From Octopus sinensis (Eukaryota), in assembly GCF_006345805.1 (NCBI RefSeq), contig NC_043000.1:33542001-33606000 (forward strand): a stretch of 64,000 nucleotides of DNA, in the 5' to 3' direction. The notes beneath the pieces are model-generated. The model saw only the letters and a program-made list of their open reading frames with translations. It did no database searches and was not told the origin of the DNA. Positions 54,216 to 64,000 of this stretch are shown one piece after another. The translations under genes were made by a program, and so were the position numbers. Every line of letters starts with the position of its first letter. Within the stretch, counting starts at the first letter, position 1.

Positions 54216-54858
54216 GTTCTTGGTGAGTTGAATTATTTCTTGCGAACAATTCTTAGTGGTTGAGTCCCTTTGTGGATTTATATCTAGCGTAAGAGCGTCC
54301 ACATAGTGGATTCTCTCTCATAGTTGTGTATTAATAATATTTACTGAATCTCAGTCTTTTATACGCTAGGCCACTGGTGTTTAAATTGATGTTATTAAAT
54401 TAATATCCAATTTTTTCACCCTCATTTTGACTTTAATTATAAATTTATATGTTCTCAAACCGGCGTAAACTACTGCAGTAAATTACTTATGCAGTATTTA
54501 TTTCCGAGAATTTAGCGCGCCAGAACGAGAGCATTTGAATGTAACTGTGAATATAATCGGCCGAACTGTTCGTCTCTCTGACCTCGTGTTAATATATGGC
54601 GTGCAGTTCCTCAAATTATATTTTATGACGTACTCCACTGATGATCCGAGGATATTTATGTAAGTAAAATTACATAATTTATTAACGGTGAAACAATTGT
54701 ATGGGTTAATCTATATTTTCGTTATTTTTCATTTGTCCTGCTCGCTTACGTTCTTGGTGTGTTGAATTATTCCTTGAGAACAATTCTTAGTGGTTGAGTC
54801 CCTTTGAGGATCTATATCTAGCGTAAGAGCGTCCACATAGTGGATTCTCCCTCATAGT

Positions 54859-54865
<7 letters not shown>
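54216..54865 (+). mobile_element. Direct-repeat-bounded 650-bp unit containing a hammerhead (retrozyme or PLE pLTR-like)
   Basis: 54216-54331 and 54750-54865 are 116-bp direct repeats with 6 mismatches; HHR at 54634-54705; flanked by (TA)n. Confidence 0.8.
54634..54705 (+). ncRNA. Type I hammerhead ribozyme, predicted cleavage after 54701
   Basis: tcca-CTGATGA-t-ccg...(ttatgtaa/ttacataa hairpin)...cgg-t-GAAAC-aatt-GTA-tggg. Confidence 0.8.
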
Positions 54866-54902
<37 letters not shown>

Positions 54903-54931
54903 ATATATGTATATATTTATATATATATATG

Positions 54932-54980
<49 letters not shown>

Positions 54981-55009
54981 ACACATACATATAAATGTAT
55001 TTTGAATTA

Positions 55010-55068
55010 AGTACACGGACCCCCAGTACTACGTTTGCGGACCCCAGGTCCCAGATTGGGAACCACTG
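55010..55068 (-). mobile_element. hAT-type terminal fragment
   Basis: Minus strand cagtggttcccaatctggg followed by repeated ggggtccg subterminal motifs. Confidence 0.6.
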
Positions 55069-55753
55069 ATCTATATGATAACTTCGGGCCGACTTTAATT
55101 TGACTTTATTGTAATATATTTCTATACATTTCATTATGATTAATTGTCTTAAATCTCACAGGTGATATCACGTGAAAGCTTTAAGTGTTCGCCCCATTTA
55201 CATATTGTAAACACGTCCAAATAAGCATATCCCAAAACATTCATGTATTCGATCCTGCCTTGAAACCATGGCATCTCAAGAAATGAAAGGACTATAAGAA
55301 TAGTATTACATATATCCACATGTTATGCCTTTATTACATAACATTGTATGAGATGTGGAATAAACGGTATCGTCTGTTTGCCGAAACAATTGTAAAGTTA
55401 ATTTGGCGTCCCCTTCCTTCATTTAAATTATTATCTTTATACATTAACACATAATACACACATACACACGTAGACACTGGCACACACGAATATATACATG
55501 CAACGTTCAAAACTTCTTAATAAGGGATGGTCACTGCTGATCGGCTTTAATCATAGAACACGAAATCAGAGTTGAGTTGGGGCTAAACAACAGGAAATAA
55601 GCTGTGATATAATGGAAACAATTTTGAAGATTATTCCTCCTGCACCCCCCCCCCCCCCAAAAAAAAAACAAACAAACAAACAAACAAAACAAAACAAAAC
55701 AAAAATAATAATAATAATAATACATCATTGTTATATCGTACTTGCAGCTTTTG

Positions 55754-55808
<55 letters not shown>

Positions 55809-55995
55809 GTCTATCTATCTATCTGTTTGTCTGTCTGTCTGTCTGCATGCCTGCCTGTCTGTCTGTATTACCTAAACCAGACGAAATCGCCTTACATCTG
55901 GCACAAAGTGTAATGACGTGCGTACGTACACGCAGATATGCATACACAAAAAACAGTGTACAGCAAACAAACACCATACCACGCGTCTATATATA

Positions 55996-56040
<45 letters not shown>

Positions 56041-56406
56041 GATAGAAAGAAAGAGAGAGAGAGAGGAGCAAATACATACAAATACACACAAATACCACAA
56101 TATGTCTTCAAATAGATATGCATCTCAATTCACAAGCGTACACACATCACTCGTACCGCATCATACCTATCTCCAGATATGGCACATGAAAATATACAGA
56201 TATATAGACATACATACACATACTTTGGTATCTAATCACATAGCCGTACATAAAACTTGAAGCTACAAGTGGAAACACACGTCGTTCGGATAACAAAAAA
56301 AAAAAAAAAAAACATAAACAAAAACAACCTTTTGTTGTTCGAGTAAATTATATTTTCACAAGTTCTGTTTTTTTGAAACATATGTGGCTTACGTAACTTA
56401 ATTAAC

Positions 56407-56438
<32 letters not shown>

Positions 56439-56516
56439 TGTATGTATGTATGTATGTATAAATATATATATATGTGTGCGTGTGTGTATATATGTGTGTG
56501 GAGGTATGTATGTATG

Positions 56517-56559
<43 letters not shown>

Positions 56560-57761
56560 CTGTGTATGCTTATATATATGCACAAATATGTATATATATA
56601 TATAATCATATATATACATATACATACATATATGTGTATGTATATATATGTATGTGTGTGTGTGTGTCTACGCGTGCGGAGCTATGTGTGCAAATGAGTT
56701 GTGTGTCTATGTGTCCATGTAAATGATTGTGCAATAGTTGTATGTGTAAAGGATAAAACGGTGTCTGTTGGTGTAGAAGTATGTATGTGTGTATGAATGC
56801 AGCCATGTGTCTCTATTCGAATGTTTGAGTGCATTTCTAGACAAGTGTATAGTTTTCCTCCCCAACCTCCGTGGTGTGAATGTTGTAGACAGAACCGTAG
56901 AGAATGACGTAGAAAGTAGTCTTCCATAACTTTAGAATGACGTCACTATAGGGACCAGCGTTTGGCTCAGTCTTCTTTTAACTTCAGAGTTACGTAACTG
57001 TGGTACAGTTTGTATTTAATTTCATTGTCACCAAACTTACTGTCACCTGAGGTATTATTTCTATTTACCTCTCAACGTATTTGTTTGTTTATTGTTGTTG
57101 TTGAGTAATTACCGCATAAATTAATCCTCATTAGCAGATCTACTAATAAAAGATGTTTCGACCGTTGACCATCTTATTTTTTTAATCAGAAATACACCAG
57201 TCAATGTGTCCTTCCTACTTAACGAAAGTTGAGTGTTATTTCAGGGAGATTTGTCTGCTATTTCTAGCTGGAAGAGCGACTTCATAGAGGCCTGCCAATT
57301 TGGGGTAACATCAGAGGAGTCCCTTAACTATTTGTTTCGTTTGAACAGCCTTGAAGGACTCCTCTTCATATGATATTTCAATGCTACCGTCCAGCACAAA
57401 CTCATCTCTCTGTCTGCCTGCATCACTGTTTGTCTCTCTTCTCCTTCCCTGTATCCAGGTACTCTACAAAGTACAGCTCTATGTACTCTAAGTGGTTTGT
57501 TTCAGTTATTTCTGTTGTGTTGACAGAGCTTTATGCCATTTGTGTCAAGCATTTAACAACAACCATTCACTGCGTCTTACGCATATATCTAAACCACGCG
57601 GTTTCGGTTATGTCTTCTCCCCTTTCTTTCACTGTTATACTACTAATCGTTTTTCTTAGACAGGCTTTCATTGTCTTGTGTTGCACATCAGTTGCAGTCA
57701 ATCGCTCAAGCATAACGGATGTATAACACTCCTATATAGGTATAGGAGTGTTATACATCCG

Positions 57762-57972
57762 CTGGCAGAACCGTTAGCACGCCGGGCGAAATGCGTAGCC
57801 GTATTTCGTCTGCCGTTATGTTCTGAATTCAAATTCCGCCGAGGTCGACTTTGCCTTTCATCCTTTCGGGGTTGATAAATTAAGTACCAGTTATGCACTG
57901 GAGTCGATATAATCGACTTAATTCGTTTGTTTGTCCCCTCTATGTTTAGCCCCTTTTGGGTAATAAAGAAAC
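57762..57972 (+). mobile_element. SINE family A, near full length
   Basis: gctggcagaaccgttagcacgcc head through aataaagaaa tail. Confidence 0.92.
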
Positions 57973-58155
57973 ATATATACGTATCTAGAAGACCCAAGGT
58001 GGAAAGTATAGCTGTGTAGGTGCTATGGAAGGACCGTAGTTAAACTCTCGGTTCGATAATAATACGAGTGAGGAGTCTAATGCGGGTCTTGTATGAGCAT
58101 GCATATGCTAAATAAAATGAGACAACAAAGCCAAGGACATTTATAAAGAGTAAGT

Positions 58156-58207
58156 TAGTCTTACAGCTGTTTCTGGGATATTAGAGATATCCCTTCATCA
58201 GAGACTA
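58156..58207 (-). ncRNA. Type I hammerhead ribozyme, predicted cleavage between 58162 and 58161
   Basis: tagtct-CTGATGA-a-gggatat-ctcta-atatccc-a-GAAAC-agct-GTA-agacta; 6-bp stem I, 7-bp stem II. Confidence 0.88.
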
Positions 58208-58404
58208 TGTGAGATGGTTAAACAGAGGGAAATACTAGAGTTCAATATAGGGGATGTCAATCGTTGGTGATCTCCTGTTCTTATTGTGTATTTTTTGATA
58301 ATTCGTCTTGTACGTATCGCTCGTGTGTCTACGTAATTTTCACTCGTTGGTGATGTTCTGTACTTGATGTATTTTATATCTATTTGTTTATAATCGAATG
58401 CCAC
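58208..58404 (-). mobile_element. Probable PLE GIY-YIG C-terminal remnant immediately 5' of the hammerhead
   Basis: TRAIRTRRIIKKY...SPILN resembles GIY-YIG ends; the ORF stop falls in the HHR core, as in PLE 3' ends. Confidence 0.4.
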
Positions 58405-58467
58405 GCAGCCTTGTCCACAGTAAGTTTTTACTTTATATATGTGTGTGTGTGTGTATTTTATTCTTTA

Positions 58468-58744
58468 ACTTGTTTCAGTCATTTGACTGCGGTCATGCAG
58501 GAGGACCACGTTTAGTCGAACGAATCGACTTCAGGACTTATTCTTTGTAAACCTAGTACATATTATATCAGTCTTCTGCCGAACCGCTAAGTTATGGAGA
58601 CGTAAACGCACCAACATCGGCTTCTCTCAGTTACCGTCTACCAAATCTACTCACATGGCTTGCCCAAGGTGCCACGCAGTAGGACTGAACCCGGAACCAT
58701 GTGGCTAGAAAGCACGCTTCTTACCATACAGCCACCCCTGCGCC
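58468..58744 (-). mobile_element. SINE family B, internally deleted, A and B boxes retained
   Basis: ggcgcagggg-tggctgtatgg (A box), gggttcagtcc (B box), tail to ctgaaacaag. Confidence 0.88.
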
Positions 58745-58746
58745 TT

Positions 58747-58821
<75 letters not shown>

Positions 58822-58852
58822 GTAAATGTAATATGTGACAATTATTCGGTAG

Positions 58853-58920
58853 CCATGATAAAACTCCGAGTTTCGGATGCCGAGGTGGAAATCCACGCCG
58901 CCATCTCTTCAGTTATCTGG
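58853..58920 (-). ncRNA. Type I hammerhead ribozyme, predicted cleavage between 58862 and 58861
   Basis: ccagataa-CTGAAGA-gatg...gtgg-attt-ccac...catc-c-GAAAC-tcgga-GTT-ttatc-a-tgg. Confidence 0.82.
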
Positions 58921-59044
58921 CCATCGGAAAAAAATCTTAACATCATATGAGATGGAAAGCTTTCTTTTACAACAATTACAGATAAATTCCTCTATTTATA
59001 TAATACAGAGGTCTCTTTCATTCTTTTGTTGTCTTATCATTTTT

Positions 59045-59108
<64 letters not shown>

Positions 59109-59181
59109 TTTAGAGGTAGTAGGCCCCTTCATCCCTCCATATAAAAGAATTTTAATTTAAATACTTACTACTTTATAACTT

Positions 59182-59276
59182 GGCTACACGTGTTTCTTGA
59201 GGTACATTTCCCGGTTCCTTAACCACGCCGTGTTTTGCTGGAACCATTCTTAAAATATAACCCCAATCATCAGGCC
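59182..59276 (-). ncRNA. Type I hammerhead ribozyme with long stem II, predicted cleavage between 59185 and 59184
   Basis: ggc-CTGATGA-ttggggt...(ggttcc/ggaacc)...acctcaa-GAAAC-acgt-GTA-gcc. Confidence 0.78.
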
Positions 59277-59624
59277 TCTATACCAATTTCTCATAGTTTG
59301 ATACTATAAACTATATTTTAATTTTTTAAACAAATAAGTATGTGTAAAATAGAACACATGTACACAAGGTATGTGCTTTGCCAGTTCGTGGGCAGGCTGC
59401 GATTTATAGGCGTAATAGAATATCTTCACGTCGATATGCCTGGCTTTAAAACATTTGGAAGTCAATAGACAAGCGAGATAACTCGTGTTATGTCCCATTG
59501 CAGGTGCGGTAGACAATAATGTTTCATTATCTTTGTGAATTATTAATACTACATACCCGAAACGAGACCAGACGCAAACTAAATTGCTCTCTATGACTAT
59601 ATACAAAATGCTGTGATATATATA

Positions 59625-59676
<52 letters not shown>

Positions 59677-59796
59677 TATTATATATATATATACGCCGGA
59701 GTAAACACATAAATGTGAAACAGGGTGGAAAAAAGAGTACTCAAATACCAGTGGTAGAGTAATATGCTTTATTTAAAGCAGAAAATTCAACAAAAT

Positions 59797-59834
59797 CTGT
59801 TACTCTGAGTTTCTCGTTGCCGTTCCTCAGACAG
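59797..59834 (-). ncRNA. Minimal type I hammerhead ribozyme, predicted cleavage between 59801 and 59800
   Basis: ctgt-CTGAGGA-a-cg-gcaa-cg-a-GAAAC-tcaga-GTA-acag; only 2-bp stem II. Confidence 0.7.
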
Positions 59835-61139
59835 TTTTTGTTAGAATGGAACCGATATATCAATTCAATCCAGACTCTTACAAACGCTACACCTTTAAAA
59901 AATGGACTTGTTTGATTGGCCCTTTAGAAATAACGGTCAATCTTCGAGCGATAAACAAAAAAATGAGCTCAAAATTATATATGTATATATATATATAAAA
60001 AAATTATAAAAATTATAAAACTTAAAAAATTCGAGGAAAAAACCTAACATTGAATAAAATACATATTGACGTTAATGAAGGAAATATAATTAATGCATGG
60101 AAATTAAAACACATTATAAATATTACACTACAATACATATTCATATTAAAGTGTACATATATATATCAACATACACAGAAGGATGCGTGCAAACGCCATA
60201 CATATACAGACGTATAAATATAAATCTAAAATATACACACAAATGCATGCATACATATGTGTACGCAATCTATCTCGCACGCAAGTTAAAATCATCGATG
60301 CTAATGTAGCGTTTCTTATTTACGGAGTAAAGCTTAAGTGAGGGGGACGTAAAGTTGTATGCACCAGTATCAGTTAGAGAAAAAAACGAAAGAAAGGAAG
60401 AGAGAGAAAAAAGGAACGAAGAAGGGGGAAGGAAAAAAGAAAAAGGAAGGGTGGGGAAAAAAACGAAATAAGAAAAATTATGTATACAAGCTATGTGACC
60501 ACGTTATTGACATATATATAGAGACAAGTATACAAACACACAAGTTCAAATGGATACATACACATACAGTCGTGTATGTGTGTGCTTAAGCACAAACATA
60601 CGCTCACTTACACATACACAGAGACGCATGCTTACAAATACATATCCATGGCTATACACATATTTACATCAAAATTCTAATTTTTGACAACATTGCTTTT
60701 TTAAAAAAATGGTGAGTGCAATAAGGAAAAATATACGAAAGACATATAAAATATTTTGGATCATCTATAAATTAAAAATCAAAGTAATCCTATACAATAC
60801 AATAACATGAAATAAACAAAGCCGAAGGTTTTTCCTAATGTATATGTAGAAATATAAACAAAATATATGCATGAGACTTTGCTATACGGAATGAAATCTG
60901 CCTATTAGAGAAACTGTATATTTTATTCAAAGACAATAATTCTTTGAATCAAAGAAGTGAGCTGATGAACTTATGTAGACACGCAACCAAATTTAAAATG
61001 TCAAATATAAATATACCATATGGATAGAGTATATATTTTGTATTTTTGATTTTTGAAATTTTGATTTTGACTCGACGATGGATTTGTTTCGCGCTATGCA
61101 GATTTCATTCCGTATAGCACAGTCTCATGCATATATTTT

Positions 61140-61288
61140 GCGTTAGGAAGGGCATCCACCTGTAGAAACACTGCCAGATCAGACTGGAGCCTGGTGCAGC
61201 CTCCTGGCTTCCCAGACCCTGGTCAAACTGTCCAACCCATGCTAGCACGGAAAACGGACGTTAAACGATGATGATGATGATGATGATT
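61140..61288 (+). mobile_element. SINE/LINE 3' end with (GAT)n tail
   Basis: ggaagggcatcca...ccaacccatgctagcacggaaaacggacgttaaacgatgatgatgat. Confidence 0.7.
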
Positions 61289-61639
61289 CTCTCTCTTTGT
61301 TTCTCTCTCCTTTCTCTCTCACTTTCCCCACTCTCTTACTCTTCCTTTCTCTCGGACTCTCCCTCGCTTTCTCTTACTCTCTATCTTTATCTATCTCTCT
61401 CCCATTTATAAACAACAAAATATCTTGAGTAAGTTGAGAAATAAAATATTTAGAAAGATCAATCATAAATATCAGGCAATAACAACGGAAAGGTCTGCTT
61501 CAAGGCAGACAGCAAAACAGTAACATTTAAAAGGGACAGACGAACTTGCGAGCTGAATAAAAATAATAAAATATTGGAAACCAAAGTTTGAAGGGATAGA
61601 ATCTGAGGGTAGTAGAGTCAGCATGGCTGGCATTTCTTA

Positions 61640-61863
61640 ACGACGGACAACAACGTTTTAACAGTTTAACGGCTGGCGTAAAATTTTGAACTTGATGTAA
61701 AAGAAAATCCCTAAACACCAAGTTTTGAAGTGATTCTTTTTCACAACAGTAGACTCACCATGGCAAGCATTCAAACCTTCTTCATCATGGACGGCAACAC
61801 ATTGACGATTAAAAGGCTGGCGCAAATTTTTTAGCTTGATGTAACAGAGAATTCCTAAACACC
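61640..61863. repeat. Diverged tandem duplication, ~145-bp period
   Basis: ggctggcgtaaaattttgaacttgatgtaaaagaaaatccctaaacacc vs ggctggcgcaaattttttagcttgatgtaacagagaattcctaaacacc. Confidence 0.8.
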
Positions 61864-62379
61864 CGCTCCTTTAAATTTTAATCCCCTTCCAGCCCTATTT
61901 TATACCCCTTTTCACATTTTGGTTAATATAACGTGATTTCATTCGGGTGTACTGGGGCCACATTTTATAAGATGAGGAATTTTGTCCTAGAGGTCACGCC
62001 TTTCATTTGAGGGAAAAAAATAGTTGTCATGCAAACTTGCCAGCACTTTTAACATAGGTCTGCATCTATGTATGTGTGTGTGTGTATGTATGTGTATGTA
62101 TGTGTGTATGTGTGTGTATGTATGTGTGTGTGTATGTATGCATTTCCATTGAGTCAACCTCATTTCTACATAGCAGACCGTTACATAAACAGACAAAGGT
62201 ACATACATACATGCACACTCACACATACATACACACACATACACACATACACATACATACACACACACACATACATAGATACATATACACAGACACATAC
62301 ATGCATACATACATATACACATACATGCATACACACGCACGCACTACAAAAACCGAGTAAAAAATTTCAGTTATCTCTT

Positions 62380-62939
62380 TCTTTCACACAGACAGATACA
62401 TAAAAGAAGGCCGTTTGTATGAAATAGAGTGAGTATTGTGTATTGGTGTTGGTGGTGGTGGTGGTGGCGATGATAATTATCATTAGGAAAAAGAGTGAGT
62501 GAGTGAGGAAGACATATACATAAATTGTGGCGATGATAATTCTCCCTATGATTGCAAACAGATACATCAAAGAAAGCCGCCTGACGACCTTATAAAGGCA
62601 AAGTGAAAGGGAGTTGAGGGGAATACATTAAATAACGGGAGTGGACATTGTCAACGTTATAAATGAAGGGGAGTAAGAGAGGGAAAGAAGGAATAGTGTG
62701 AGTGAAGAAGATGGCCCCTAGCAACCACACCTTTTAAGATAGGGATTTTCTAGGTAGCCCACGCGCATCGTCACCTCATTCTACATGTCCCTGTAAATTT
62801 TGGAGCGAATCGGACGGGTCGTAGTGGCATTGAAAGCGATCCAAGCGGTAAAAACGCATTTCAGTTTTATATATACTAGCTGAAGGTGACCCGCTCTACG
62901 CGCGGTAAGAGTGTGGTATATATTATAATGTATACAAAT

Positions 62940-62973
<34 letters not shown>

Positions 62974-63360
62974 ATATATATATTAATACAGATATATGCA
63001 CTTTATATATATAAAGATTATTATATATACATATTTATATATAGATACACAAACACATATATAAATTAACCCAATAAATATCTGATTCATAATATTTGTT
63101 TCATGATTGAGTGGTGGTTGTGGCGATGATAATTCTCTCTATGAATGCAGACAGACGTGGCGAGTGAGAGTGTGTGAAAGCGCTGTGGAAGGCAGGGAGG
63201 GGGATAACGGACGCTGTGAAACGACGTTATAAAGAGAAAGTGAATGTAAGGGAGGTAGACGCTGTGAAACGACGTTATAGATAGAAAGTAAAAGGAAGGG
63301 AGAAAAGTGAGTGAGTGATGGAGGAAGACAGATACATAAAAGAATGAGAGTGTTGGATGT
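62380..63360 (+). mobile_element. Two abutting related non-autonomous Helitron-like units (junction ~62876)
   Basis: ...cagttttatatata|ctagctgaaggtgacccgctctacgcgcgg; both halves share tgtggcgatgataattctc and gaagaca(t/g)atacataaa blocks. Confidence 0.5.
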
Positions 63361-64000
63361 TTTGTTTGTTGGACCAATGTATTAAGGTAGTATTGTTTTA
63401 TTGTTTTAAAACGAAAGAGGCAATGTGTTTGTTTCAAAAATTAAAAAAATCTGTTATAGTGAATGAAAATTAGAATTCACACCCAGCTCAGTTTTGTAGA
63501 AAGAGTATCACGATGTGAGTTGGGAGTTTGACTGAGAGAGTTTATATGGTGACACATGCCAGTCCTTTCGACACCACCTAAACAATGGAATAGTGTATAA
63601 AATGTAATTAACAACTCATTCACTTTATGAATGTCTTATGTTAGCGAAGAAACAATAACTTGACAAAACCGTTTCATGGAGACGTAGAAGGAATCGGAAA
63701 ATGAGGAATAAAGAGAATGAGTTGGATCAAATGTTTGCAAACATCTGAACCCAATGTTCTTTATGAACCATGTTCTTTTTAATGTGTTTATTTCAAGAAT
63801 GAAGAGATAATGAAGAGGTGCAAAATAAAAAATCAAGCAAAATTTCATGACTTACAATCAGTTTTCTTTTGTCAGAGCCTCCTGATAAACCACGTTCCTT
63901 GTGCGCTCATGATTGCCAAGAATGAAGAGTTTATGTGGATTTCCAACTCGAGAACAGGCTACGTACAATTGACCATGACTGAAAACCGGTTGTGACAGGT

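Noticed and set aside
55340-55396. GAAAC-aatt-GTA identical to the 54.7-kb stem III
   Set aside because: No CUGANGA box upstream; at most a very decayed relic
63875-63995. Good acceptor (ttttcttttgtcag) and a weak Helitron-Rep-like INHVPCA peptide
   Set aside because: No clear donor, stops in all frames within ~120 nt, similarity too short

Overview
Repeat-saturated, AT-rich eukaryotic genomic DNA. I found no host protein-coding exon, CRISPR array or intact autonomous transposon that I can support. The mix of compound microsatellites ((CA)n, (TA)n, (TATG)n, (TCTA)n), tRNA-headed SINEs and LINE/Penelope/Tc1-mariner debris suggests a cephalopod, probably octopus (inference, not verified). Most ORFs in the supplied track are microsatellite artefacts. 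The rest are frameshifted pieces of Penelope-like elements (PLE), HERO/R4/Tx1/CR1/RTE-type LINEs, mariner, Tc1, DD37D and Chapaev3-like transposases. The strongest signal is non-coding. There are five apparently intact minimal type I hammerhead ribozymes (HHR) with different sequences: one on + at 54.6 kb inside a direct-repeat-bounded retrozyme-like unit, and four co-oriented on - within 1.7 kb at 58.2-59.8 kb. Three decayed HHR-like motifs lie at 8.5, 21.6 and 43.3 kb. Also present: a 5S rRNA pseudogene, a TSD-flanked structured 356-bp retroposon, microsatellite-associated LINEs and head-to-tail Helitron-like units. All calls were made by eye; coordinates of decayed elements are approximate.
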